DNA of 64,000 nucleotides from positions 17,670,589 through 17,734,588 of the forward strand of contig JAUZTB010000068.1 in NCBI GenBank assembly GCA_034780895.1, read 5' to 3'. Numbering within the stretch: position 1 is the first letter of the stretch; the number at the start of each line of letters is the position of its first letter. Shown here piece after piece: positions 51,546 through 64,000 of the stretch. Position numbers and translations under genes: made by a program. The notes beneath the pieces were generated by a model, which saw only the letters and a list, made by a program, of their open reading frames with translations, was not told where the DNA came from and did not search any database. The stretch is from Rhynchobatus australiae. Lineage: Eukaryota.

Positions 51546-54500
51546 ACCTCATGTCTGCTGTTTGCAATATCGATTTTAAATTGATTGAGATTCACACAGA
51601 CCCTCTCAAATATATTTGCACTGAAAATTTAAAAAATGTAGCTACTACTTTCAAACTTTTTTTTTGCCCAGTGTATAATTGTTTCAAAGTTTGGTGACAC
51701 ATAAAATTGTACTATACGAACTTCAAAAATGTAATTGTACAAATCTGGTGCTTTTGGTTGATTGCATTTCTGTCCTATTTTGCAATAGTTCTATTTTTTG
51801 ACAAATAGTTATTGAGACATTGGAGCAGTGTGTGCAGTGCACTGATTATAGATGTTATGTGCATTAGTACTTTGCTTCCTTTTGATGTATACTCCTTTAA
51901 TACATCACATGCTAACATTACTAACTCATAAACTGAGAAAACAAAATCACCTCATGTAAGTTGCAGTTGATTGAGATGGATGTCAAAGTTGTAACATGAA
52001 GGACATTTATTGGGGAAATTGAGGCCTTGTGCTGTGAAAAGAGAGGCCTTGTTGATGATCCACGTGTCAAAGATAGAAAAACATGGAAAATAAGATTTAA
52101 AGATGATAATCCATATAAGTAACAAAAATATGGAATATTACACTATCAATCCTATCTGAAGAAAATTATTTTGTAGGAGTTTGGATCAAGATGGTTGCTG
52201 TAGGTAATACAACATTTATACACTGGAATATGTAAATTACTTGTAGTTGTCATTTGTCACTTAATGAAAATGGTAATCCTTGTGAGAATTATAATCAACA
52301 ACATTAGACATGTTGGTAAGCCTTAAATCCCTAATGAAGACAGAGCACAATGCAAATTTATTGCTCTGCATTTCATACTATTTCAGATGTATTTTTTCTT
52401 CCTCATTAGAGTATCATATGGTCAAGGGTGGTTGGTTGAGTGCACAGTTGCACTGTATCTGGATGAGGTAATTGAATTTGTATGTAAAGATGCGTTGCTC
52501 TGAATGAGAGATTAACCTGTGTGTTAATGTGCCGCCTGTTACACTGATCTAAGCAGATGTCAGAAATCCCATGACAACAATCAGAGATATTCTTCTGGTG
52601 TTCCACCAAACTTGCCTTCCTTAATACATACGAGTGAAACTAAATTAACAGGGCTAATTTCATTATTGTTTTAAATTTCAGGCTTATTTACGGTACATGA
52701 AGAAATTTCATACATTTGGAGAGAAATGATAAGCTCCCACATAAATTAATTTTTTTCAGTTTTTTTTGTTAGTCGATACAGTTACTATCTGTACCAATGG
52801 TACTTCTTGTATACCATCATTTTCTTGCTGGCAGTTGATCTGACTGTAATGGCAAGTGTCCGATATCAAATTACAAAGGCAATATGCAAGAAATATTTAA
52901 TCATGCAAATTGTAACTCATCTTAAGGGCAAAAGCCTGAATTGTAGAAATTAACCACACTAAATTGAAAAGCAATATCTATTATATGAAAGATGCTGGGG
53001 AATGTGATCTTTAATTAGACAGGTAATTTCATCCTGTTTTATCTTCATATTAATAAAAAATAATATGATTGCATGTGCAGTCACCTCATTGGAGCTCTCT
53101 TTTTGAATGTCACAATGTCTGTGGGTGCTATATTGTGCTTCTCAGCCATATTCAGACCTGCCAACCATTTTCCAACCTGGCTAAACAACTCTGACTGACC
53201 TGTGGGTCTGAAATTACTTCAGTGATTGAACATGCGCAGAATAATACATAACATCTCTTATTAAAAATGCTGTGAAACAGCTGACTTTCTTCAAGAACTC
53301 CACTGAACTGCCCTGCGGTTGTTTATTTACTTGTTTACATTGCAAGCTGGAACAAATTGTTAGTGAATCTGCATCTTTTCTACATTCCTGGACATTGATG
53401 GAAATAACTGAGGACTGAGCACTGCTGTCAAAAACCCAGTGAAAAAATTTTTTGAGTCAAATTAAGAGTAATTGCAGGCTATGTTTTCTGTATGGCAGCA
53501 GCATACTCAAAAGATGAGTTTCTTAATCTTTTAAATTATTATTTAAGTGATTACATTTGTTTAATAAATAGAGCATGATCTACATGTTTAAAACTGAACG
53601 TCTTCATTCATCAAATGTGTAACATTTTTCAGTTTGAAATTTTGCCTTTTAATATCCATTTAATTTNNNNNNNNNNNNNNNNNNNNNNNNNNNNNNNNNN
53701 NNNNNNNNNNNNNNNNNNNNNNNNNNNNNNNNNNNNNNNNNNNNNNNNNNNNNNNNNNNNNNNNNNCCATTTAATTTTAGAATGTAATCAAAATTGATTT
53801 TGTTGAATTTTAATTAATGATTTAATTGTTTTAATGATTAACCTAGACTGAAAGTTGTGAAAGAACTGTACCATCATTCAGGTTAAAAGTCCTGAATTTT
53901 TAACATTTTTATAGGACTATTTCACAATGCAAGGTTAGATTTTCTCCAATTCTCATTTTGAGCTTTATTCACATTTATTGTCTCTGCTAGAAATAGGTAG
54001 AATTTAATATTAATCTTGAAATGAAGTTTTTGTTTTATTATTTAAACAATTTTCCAGAGTTCTTGCAAACAAAGTACTAATTTCTGATAAATTTATGTTT
54101 GTACCATAAGGGTAGATATGCATATATACACAGTGTGACTACAAAATCTCTGCCTGGGGATCTCCTGCTGTTTTCCTTACAGCGGTTAGGAGACAATTTG
54201 AACAATTTAATGGATCGTGGTTACTTCCTTGTCAATGGGAATATTAATTGCATAAATTGTTTCCTACCAGCCCCCCAACATTCTCCCAGCCCTATGAAAA
54301 TACCCTGATATTTTTCCTCTTTGGATGAAGATGATGAAACCCAACAGAAGCATTGCATCCGCAGTCTCTACACCTTGNNNNNNNNNNNNNNNNNNNNNNN
54401 NNNNNNNNNNNNNNNNNNNNNNNNNNNNNNNNNNNNNNNNNNNNNNNNNNNNNNNNNNNNNNNNNNNNNNNNNNNNNAGCATTGCATCCGCAGTCTCTAC

Positions 54501-56460
54501 ACCTTGACATAATCTCAATGAATACCACATGCAAACTCATCAAAGAGACAGGTCCTCAGCTGAACCATCCCCTACCCCTGCTTTGTGCCTCTTCATCAGT
54601 TTCCTACTCATTTCAGTTTTGTCCATAACTTCTTTCCCAACAAATTTCATGCAAACATCTTCCAATCCCACATCACAGCATATCCTTCAATATGGCACAA
54701 ACATTGAGAGGTCAGCTTGTCGTCTATTGCATTGAAGGAGAATTTTAATGGTCCCCTGATACCTATTTCTTTGCATTGGTTTTAAACATTGAAAAATATT
54801 TATGATCAATAATTGGAATGGCAATCCCTTCTGTATCAATTTAGCAAGCTGCAGGCAAAATGATGTCGGAGAACTCAAGACTTAAAGCAATACAGTGCAG
54901 GAGAGTGGATGGTTCCCTAACATAGAGAAGTCGAATCAGCTGGAAAGAATTCATTGCAAACTTATGTCTTATCACCTAAAATAAGGGGAAGAGGAAACCG
55001 TGAGAAACTGAAACCTGCCTGCAGCAACGTAAGGAAGATGGAATGCTTTTCAAATACTGAAAAGGTCCTGATCAAAAAAGTATCCTTCTCTGGGCAAATC
55101 ATTTAAATATTGTACTTTTAGAACAGTGTTTACTGCCCTTAGGAAGTTGGAAAGGCTTGTTTGATAGTACATTCCAAACCTGCAACCACCACGACTTAAA
55201 AAGGACAAGGGCAGCAAGTGCATGGGAACAACATCGTATACAAGTTCCTATTTAAGTCACACAGCTGAGGGATTGGACATTTTTTATTGATATTTTTTTG
55301 TTGTTGGGTGGAATAGTGCAACTCTTAACCTAAGAACATAGTGGGAGTACCAAAGTGAATGCTCAGCTCCACTTTACTCAAAGGCAACAGAGAATAAAAA
55401 TTGGCTCATGACACTCACATCCCAAGAATGCGATTAAAAATATCAATACCAATCAACAGAAATTATTTGATATTTTAAACTTTTTGCTCTAAATTGCTGC
55501 TTTACACATGTATTTATATTGCTTATTTCAAGTTGTTATTTTTTTTTAAAGTTCAAATCAAAGTATTTTGCCAAGAGTAATGAGTGCAAGGCCATGAGTA
55601 GAAGTACAAGATCTCAAGAGAAGGTATTGCTCAAGCTTAGAGTTATTATGGGTTAATGGGGATGGTCCCTGGCAAATGGGAGGGGGAATGGGGATTTGGA
55701 GATTGCAACAGGTAGAAAAAAAACTCTTGATGAAAGGAGTGGGGAAAAGCCAAAACCCAGCATGAGAAGATGCAGGTGGTACCCCTGCTCCTTCAGGCCC
55801 ACAAGACCACTAGCTCCTAGTGCTTTTCATCTACTCACTCCCTCACCCCTACCCCCACACTGGACCCTTTCTATTACACCATCCCATTTCTGTGGTAAAT
55901 TTTAAATCAGGTTCCCAATTACCCTGCAAAAGCCAGTTTAAATACGATAATTATATCTCTTGCCTCTTCATGGTAGAACATTCAGATGTCACAATATCCA
56001 CTGCCATGAAGTGCTGTGGGCTGATATACGATGTATTTTTCACATTTAAAAATTAACTTCCCACAACCCCCTGCTCCAAAAAGAACATTAGCCTGCCTGC
56101 CATGGGAAATGCAGTGTCTAAGTGCCTAATGTCAAGAGCAAAGGTTTCATCAGGCTTCTTCTGTGAGTCTATGGAATGATTGGCATGAAAGAATAGAGGA
56201 AAGCACCAGATATTCAGAGTAATACAACAGCATTCAGAGAGTCATGAGTTGTGGGGGAGCAGGTTAAAGATGATTTAACCTAATAAAGAAGCATTAAATG
56301 TTATAAAATTCACCTCAAGAATATGAAGATATGATAAAAGAACCCATTCATATTTGTCTTAAATTTTTGGACTGGGGTAGAGTTTAAACCAACTCACAGA
56401 GTGGATTTTGGTGTTTCAGAGTAAGTTTGCAGACCACAAATGTAAAACAAAAATCATTAT

Positions 56461-56481
56461 TAAATAAATAAATAAATAAAT
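56461..56481. repeat. (TAAA)n microsatellite
   Basis: Five consecutive TAAA units. Confidence 0.85.
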
Positions 56482-57664
56482 AGATGCCTAGCTTAAGAGT
56501 TCATATTACAGCAAACTAAATTGCTAACTTTTATAATTTAGTATTGATCTAATCCTCCAGTTGTTACTTCTAACTAAATAGAACAGGATTATTATAGCTC
56601 TCACAGATTTGTCTGTTAACTAAATTTTCTTCAGTAACCCTTTACCATTATTACTTGCTTTATTTAAACTCTGTCATCCTAAAATATCTCATAGCGCTAA
56701 CTATCATTCTGTGAAATACCTGTACACTTCCTGGCGTACCACAATCTCTTCTTGTAAACTGGTTTACGCTTTAGAATTGTTGGAAGCAGACATTTTGTGT
56801 GGAACTCTCCCTTCCTGTGACATCATGAATGGAGGATTCTACCCACAATGCATTTTCCATTCATGATGTTTAATGGGATGGAACCCTTTTTTGACACTCA
56901 GAGGAGGAGACATTTGGTACAAAAAGGTTTTCAAGTTGCCTGTACCAACATTTTTAAAGCATGTTATAGGGCAACAACAGGTAATTATGAGACATAGGGG
57001 TGAATTTATTTGTGGGGTGGTTGCGTCACTGGAGGAATGTCAGAATAGGATTCTGGCTGCTTTGATTGAGTGGGGTTGATTATTTAGGGTGGGCTCCAGG
57101 TCACATCTCCACAAGCCATTGTCCAGGAAGGGGAGCAGAACAGTACAGATAGTATTTCCAGCAAGACATCCAGGAATATATGTCTCATTTAAACAGGGAC
57201 AGGAAAACCCTTAAATATCAAGGGCCTCAATAAAGGTGTGAGTGAGGAAAAGGAACCCATGACATAGATCTAAATTTTAGGTGAGTGAGCTTGTCCCATG
57301 ATCATGGCTATCTTTCAATGTACTCCCTAGTATGAGAGGAAATGAAGGGAAATTCTGTGGGTTACTGGGCCCATCATCTTTTCTTGTTGTAAAATTGATC
57401 CATTTCTCTGATCTGGCATATCGCAGGCAAATCCTTCTCAGTGAAATCCCAATCCCTGTTGAATCTACACCAGTGTAAAATGTTTTCTTCTCTAATCATT
57501 TCACCCAAGTATCTCTTCCCTCTCCTCATGAGTCCTTTCTACTGTGATTTCACTCTTATTGATCTATTGATGTGTCTGCCCTCTCAAAATAGTCTTGTAA
57601 TAAAATTGCTTTAAGTTTAATGCAAAGAATGTTTACTTTAAAGTAATGTCACTTGTTCTTAAAA

Positions 57665-58015
57665 ATTGGTAATTGGTTTATTATTGTCTCATGTACCAAG
57701 GTGCAGTGAGAAACTTTATCTTGCATGCCATCCATACAGATCATTTCACCACATCAGTACGTTGAGGTAGTACAAGGGAAAGCAATAACAGAATGCAGAA
57801 CAGTGATACAGTTACAAGGAAAATGCAATACAGGCAGACAATAAGGTGGAAGGTCACGACGAGGTAGATTGTGAGGTCGAGAGCCCTGTTTATCATACAC
57901 GAGATCGATTCAATAGTCTTATAACAGTGGGATAGAAGCTGTTCTTGAGTTTGATGTACATGCTTTCAGGTTTTTTGTATCTTCTGCTTGATGGGAAGGG
58001 GGGAAGAAGAGAAAA
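57665..58015 (-). mobile_element. Rex1/Babar LINE 3' end
   Basis: Minus-strand KLKNSFYPTVIRLLN, 3' UTR ending TCACTGCACCTTGGTACATGAGACAATAATAAA and a short (ACCAATT)2 terminal repeat. Confidence 0.75.
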
Positions 58016-61000
58016 TCAGGGATTGAATCTATTTTGTATTGCTCTGATAGAATGTGAACTAGGGAGGAATTTAAATTCTCAAGAAATAGCTGGGTTTGGT
58101 TTGGTAGGGAGGTTAAAAAAACAAAACATCTGAAACAGACACTAAAACTGCTTTGGATTCCCCATGTCTGGTTTTAGCTGACACAGGAAAGAGCTGGGTA
58201 ATGAATCCAGTTACAGAAGGCGGCAGGTCATTGAGTATTTTATTAGGAGTGCACTAGCTTATTTGCAGTGACCCGATTTTTGGGTTTTTCTGGCCTTGTT
58301 GAGAAGGGTTAAGTCCTTTAGGCAAACANNNNNNNNNNTCAGGGTCAGGAGGAGAGGATATGTTTCCCCTTGGTCAAGCAAGTGAACCCCAGTGAGATCC
58401 AAATTCAGGACATTTGGGAAACCTGAACTCCAGATTACTGAACTTCTGAAGAGTCCCTTGCCACCTTCCACCTTAGAACTAAAATCCAATCCTTTTCAAA
58501 ATGGAGTAAGTCATCCTCCACAACTCCATCTGGTTACAGATATCTGTCCGTCAACTCCATTTACCTTGCCTGGCTTAGTACTCAACAAAAGTCTTGAGAA
58601 CTCGGTTGTTCCAACATCCACAACCTGTCAGGTTGAGGTGTGGCGATTTCTATTATTGTTTGTGTGGAAAAAATACTTCCTGATTTCCTTCCAAATGGCT
58701 TGCTAATAAACAACATTACATTCCCTCATCCCTGAATCTCTTAATATTTTAAATGCTTCAACCTTTTCCATTGAAAGGAATGGGAACTATTTTAGTCACA
58801 TAATTTAACACCCTCAGTGCCAGAGACATGGTACATTAACCAAGGCCAACAATGTCTCTCTGAGCTGCATCCAGTAGCCCGAGTTTGGGTTTACACAGCT
58901 CAAGCAAGAGAACCATAGATTCCAACTCTTTCTTTCTGTGCTCTGCAGATAAAGGTCACATGCCAGTAAATTGTTTGATTGATTTTTGACCTGTCTCCTG
59001 GCTTTAAATGGTTTGTGTATTTGTATTTACAAATCTCTTTGATCTGCTCTCTCATTATTTAACAACTTTTCAAATTTATCTTTTGTGACTGAGGGTATGA
59101 TTGGCTCCCTNNNNNNNNNNNNNNNNNNNNNNNNNNNNNNNNNNNNNNNNNNNNNNNNNNNNNNNNNNNNNNNNNNNNNNNNNNNNNNNNNNNNNNNNNN
59201 NNNNNNNNNNNNNNNNNNNNNNNNNNNNNNNNNNNNNNNNNNNNNNNNNNNNNNNNNNNNNNNNNNNNNNNNNNNNNNNNNNNNNNNNNNNNNNNNNNNN
59301 NNNNNNNNNNNNNNNNNNNNNNNNNNNNNNNNNNNNNNNNNNNNNNNNNNNNNNNNNNNNNNNNNNNNNNNNNNNNNNNNNNNNNNNNNNNNNNNNNNNN
59401 NNNNNNNNNNNNNNNNNNNNNNNNNNNNNNNNNNNNNNNNNNNNNNNNNNNNNNNNNNNNNNNNNNNNNNNNNNNNNNNNNNNNNNNNNNNNNNNNNNNN
59501 NNNNNNNNNNNNNNNNNNNNNNNNNNNNNNNNNNNNNNNNNNNNNNNNNNNNNNNNNNNNNNNNNNNNNNNNNNNNNNNNNNNNNNNNNNNNNNNNNNNN
59601 NNNNNNNNNNNNNNNNNNNNNNNNNNNNNNNNNNNNNNNNNNNNNNNNNNNNNNNNNNNNNNNNNNNNNNNNNNNNNNNNNNNNNNNNNNNNNNNNNNNN
59701 NNNNNNNNNNNNNNNNNNNNNNNNNNNNNNNNNNNNNNNNNNNNNNNNNNNNNNNNNNNNNNNNNNNNNNNNNNNNNNNNNNNNNNNNNNNNNNNNNNNN
59801 NNNNNNNNNNNNNNNNNNNNNNNNNNNNNNNNNNNNNNNNNNNNNNNNNNNNNNNNNNNNNNNNNNNNNNNNNNNNNNNNNNNNNNNNNNNNNNNNNNNN
59901 NNNNNNNNNNNNNNNNNNNNNNNNNNNNNNNNNNNCCTTCCCACCCCGCACCCCCCCCACCTTTCCACCTGTTCCCCTCCTTTATGATACATTTTAAAAC
60001 CCACATCTGTGACCAGAGTTTATTCACCCTCAGTTTTAGCCTGATTGGGACTCCTTGAGATGTTTTACCATGTTAAATTCACTAGACATGTTGGTACCTC
60101 TCTGGATAAATGTCCTGAGCTTTGATGGAGCATTTGCTGCTTGCGACTGCTGCTAGGAGATTGGGAACTTGATATAACGTGGAGTAAAGTGGTAGAAATG
60201 TTGCCTAGAGATTACTGATTGATTGGTAGACTGACACCCATGGGTATTTCCTTTGGTGAAAGTAGCCTTCAGGACTGAAAGTTAATTTAATAATGTCTGA
60301 ATATTTACAAGTATTTTCGAAACAGTTGTAAATGGTATATCAGTTTTAATAGTTAGCTGGACTGAAGAAATGTTAATATACAGGTGGATCTTAATGCAGG
60401 GAACTTCATCAAATACATAGCCATCAGTTACGTTGACAGTAACCATCATTATTTCATCTTGTAATTCTGAACCAGGCAATGAATTTGAAAAATAACTGGA
60501 GGACGGTTGATGAGTAAATCAAGTTGTGAATCTGTGTCTGGTTCTTTGGAAAACAAAACAGTCTCCCCTTGACATTTAATAGACACTATTTGTTTCAACT
60601 TCTCAATCCAGCTAAGAAACATAATAGTGCATGCACTACCACATGGAGAGCAATTATAAATGAAGCATTCTGAGACTAGAATGTTTGGGCCATGCAAGGT
60701 CAAAGCACATTCTGTAGCTGAGGACAGCTGTGATTGTTTTCTGTTGTGTCCTATGCAACATGGCAACACTGTATGGTATTACCACTGATGTGTCAGAAGT
60801 TACAAATGTGGATTGCTTTTGTTTGTGATTGAGTAACAGCAAACTGACATATATTCATGAGGACTTCATACTTAGTCATTTTACTGACGCATTTAGTCTG
60901 TGGAAGAAAGTACTTAAAGTATTTAGAAGATTTAGAAGTCTCAGAAGTTAGCTCCCAGCATCAGAAATCACTGGCTCTGATTACTCAGTTTACAGTAGCA

Positions 61001-61064
61001 ATAATATTAGAATTATTCAGTAATTACAAAAAATTCACTACTGGGTAAGTATGAATAAAATTAT

Positions 61065-61310
61065 TATTTTTTATTCATTCACGGGATGTGGATGGCGTTG
61101 CTAATGCCGACATTTATTGTTCACTCCTGACTGAACCTGAACTGAGGCGACATGTAGGTGGGTTTGCACTCACAGACTTGGCAAGGACAGCAGATTTCCT
61201 TCACCAAAGGACATTAAAGAACTGATGTATTTTTGCAATAATATTGGAGTTTCATAGTTACAGTTACTGAAACTATTCTTAAAAAATTCCAGATTTATTT
61301 ATTATTTCAA
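61065..61310 (-). mobile_element. tRNA-derived SINE, same family as 44135-44450
   Basis: Reverse complement contains AATAAATCTGGAAT, GAAGGAAATCTGCTGTCCTTG and tail CACATCCCGTGAATGAATAAAAA. Confidence 0.6.
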
Positions 61311-62054
61311 AATCTGTGTGAAATATGTTAATGCATGTTTGCTGGAAATGAATTGGAACTAATGGGATTCACTACATGAAAACCTTTGAAAACCTTCAAC
61401 TATCCCACCCAGGTTAATTTTGTATTTAGGCACATCAGTTTTCTAATGCTCTGATCATTTACATCTTTTTAAATACTTCATGATTTAATGATGAATTTAT
61501 CTAATGGTTCAATCTTTTATTTCCCAAGTAGAGAGCCAACTGCAGGCATTCCTTTATCCAGGTACTAACCAGGACTTGCTCTGCACAACAGGGTCTCTCA
61601 GGGTGTGTGACAAGAATGTTGGCTGATCTATTTGCTCTTCAATTGTTTAGTCTTCTGGCATCCATTAACCACCAAGAAACATTCTGTGCACGCAAGTAAT
61701 TTTATTGACTTCAGTTGGCTCTGGGACTGGTGATTAACCCAGATCAGATCTGCACTGCACCCAGCAGGAAGACCTCACCAGCACTGAAGCTGCACAGGGA
61801 GACAAGACATGGGGATGGATCTTTGCTTGGTCAGTTTGGACTAGGAGAAAATATTTGACAGAATATCACACTTGTATATGATGGGGTTTGTGGAAGGGAT
61901 CTGCAATTCGACATGACTGCTCTACACAGACATCAGTAAGACAGTCCAGATTAATGATTATGAAACAAAAATCATCCCAATCAAATATGGAGTTATGCAA
62001 AGTTACTTCATCTTTTCTGTCTTGTTTTTGTATTGTAGTTACAGAATGTTCCAA

Positions 62055-63675
62055 GTTCATCAGGAAGGATATAGGCATAAATGGGGTGATGATTCCTGGC
62101 AGCAGAGGTGCTCAGGTAAATGCCCCACTTTACATGGGCAACGTCTTCTGCTTGGACCCACTGTCGGTCTGCAGATTGATAAGCATCTGTGACTAGTCCA
62201 AACTGGCCTCAGGAGCCAGAGTGAAACCAAGACTGTGTCTTTGGGCAACTGGTCCTATCGAATCTATGTTTCCACCACCGTCATAGAGTCATGGAGTCAC
62301 AGAGCACAGAAACAGGCCCTTTGGTCCAACTGGTCCATGCCGACCAAGATTCCCATCTAAGCTAGTTCCATTTGCCCACATTTGGCCCATATCCCTCTAA
62401 ACCTTTCCTAACCATGTACCTATCTAAGTACCCTTTAAATGTTGTTAATGTACCTGCCTCAACCAACTCCTCTGGCAGCTCATTCCATATACTGACCACT
62501 CTCTAGGTGAAAAAGTTGCCCCTCAGTTCCCTACTAATTCTATCCCCCCTCAACTTAAGGTTCAATTACCTGAGGTTGCTGGGTGTACATTTTAAATATG
62601 AACAAAGAAATAGAAGCACAAGTAGGCTTTTTCACCTGCTTTGCTGTTCAACCATGGCTGATTGTTTACTTCAGTTCCACTTCCCTGCACTAATCCCATA
62701 TCTCTTGACTCAGCATGCACCCAACATGGGGTGGGGTATATAGATAAGGTGAACCAGAAACCAGCAACACTTCCTCCTGGTCATCAGGTGTGAGGTTATC
62801 TCACAGTTGCTGTGCGTGGTGCAGGTATGGTCCATGCCTTGTGCTTGCACTGCAGTGTTCACTTGAGCCATTTTCCAGTTTTATCTGGAGATTGAAAGTG
62901 GATTGTGCACACAGATCATGATGTACAGATTTCTGGAGGTAGTGGGGAAACAAGTAGCCAATGTGGCCTTTGTCCTGATGCCTACCTTTGTCAAGTGGTA
63001 CATAGACCCTGAGTATACAAGCACTAAGTACCACAACATCCTAAGGTACTATTAGTCCCTGATGTTGGAAGAAATGGGTTTGGCCATGGTGTCAAGCAAC
63101 ATTCCTTTCTTGTGGACTGTTTCCATCTCGAAGAACACTTTGGACCTCAAGTCAGTCAGGGTCTGTACAGAATCTCCTCATGGCTCCTTGGGAAAAAAAG
63201 TGATGATGGATCGAGTCAAATGATGTCTCAAGTAGACTGTCAAAGACATTCTGGATTGTGTATTTGCCAAGAAGATCTGCAAAAAGATGCAATAGTCTTT
63301 GTCAAGATTCATCCCAAACAGAGGCCTTACATAGGACTCTCTGCTCTATAGGCTGTTCCAAGGTGAAAGTATGGAGACAGATACCAACTGCAGCCTGAAG
63401 ACCAGCAACTCAGTGAAAGATTCCCTTTGGGCTGCCCATACCTCACTGGTCTTTCTGCTGTAAAGGTTCTGTGTGGAAAGACCACAGTTTAAGCCCCTCC
63501 TGCCACTACAAACTGAGGGACTGGAATCTACAAAAACCCTCAAGGAATTTATGTAAAGGAAAAATCGATATCACACTGACATAAATGGAACGACATGGCT
63601 TGTACTAAAAATGATGATGTATGAATATTCAATGTCATACATATGCAAATTTTATGAATAAAGTAATATTTTTAA
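62055..63675 (+). mobile_element. Tx1-clade LINE RT/3' fragment, interrupted by a CR1 tail
   Basis: IRKDIGINGVMIPGSRGAQVNAPLYMGNV (decayed YMDD) FCLDPLSVCRLISICD; later LRYY*SLMLEEMGLA and NSVKDSLWAA; tail TTTTATGAATAAAGTAATATTTTT. Confidence 0.75.
62282..62545 (-). mobile_element. CR1 3' end nested in Tx1
   Basis: CATAGAGTCAT...ACAGGCCCTTTGGTCCAAC tail in reverse; FFT*RVVSIWNELPEE-like ORF2 end. Confidence 0.85.
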
Positions 63676-64000
63676 AACACATGTATTGATGCTTCAATAA
63701 TGAAAGGTCAATAGCAAAACTATTTTCTGCACCTGTCAGTATAATTATTGCAAACCAGATAAAAGGGACTAGAATTGCAATTTTTTTCTAAGGCTAAACC
63801 AAGATGTTTACATGCAAAAATGCAGGAACAGTGAGAGAATCAGCTAATATTGCTGAGGCTAAAATGTTGTCATGAATGTAGTTTGGTGTTCTCTCCCGCC
63901 TTGGCTTGACCACTTTTTATTGGTAGTAGTGGATGATAGAACACCATAGTCCCAAAAAGAAGTTATCAAATTTGAAGCTTCAGAGATCAAAATCAGCATC

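Noticed and set aside
52480-52560. Possible C/D snoRNA (TGAATGA ... CTGA)
   Set aside because: Box C is non-canonical, the spacing is short, the terminal stem is weak and no host intron was identified.
59027-60027. Long ORFs of 290-325 aa (and similar ones at 6.1, 12.1, 36.0, 42.1 and 50.9 kb)
   Set aside because: They read through N runs and are artefacts.
1-64000. CRISPR arrays, operons or other prokaryotic-type systems
   Set aside because: Eukaryotic intron/TE landscape; no regularly spaced repeat-spacer array or gene-dense segment.

Overview
AT-rich, gap-ridden (short-read assembly) vertebrate DNA. The repeat content (CR1, V-SINEs, Deu-domain SINE, Penelope-like elements, Rex1/Babar, RTE, L2, Tx1) points to a cartilaginous fish, probably a ray; this is an inference. 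The only host gene I can support is the 5' part of macoilin (MACO1/TMEM57) on the minus strand: CpG-rich promoter at about 37.95-38.4 kb, coding exon 1 (37646-37725), a 29 kb intron 1 and coding exon 2 (8461-8602). Later exons lie left of the window. The rest is intronic or intergenic DNA full of decayed transposons. The most notable non-obvious signal is a dispersed set of minimal type-I hammerhead ribozyme motifs (CUGANGA...GAAAC-GUH) in the terminal repeats of Penelope-like elements. These include one element with inverted pseudo-LTRs and short fold-back derivatives, several in sense orientation within the MACO1 pre-mRNA. That association is already known for Penelope-like elements, and every copy here carries mutations. 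I found no convincing wholly new system. Repeat boundaries were estimated by eye and are approximate.
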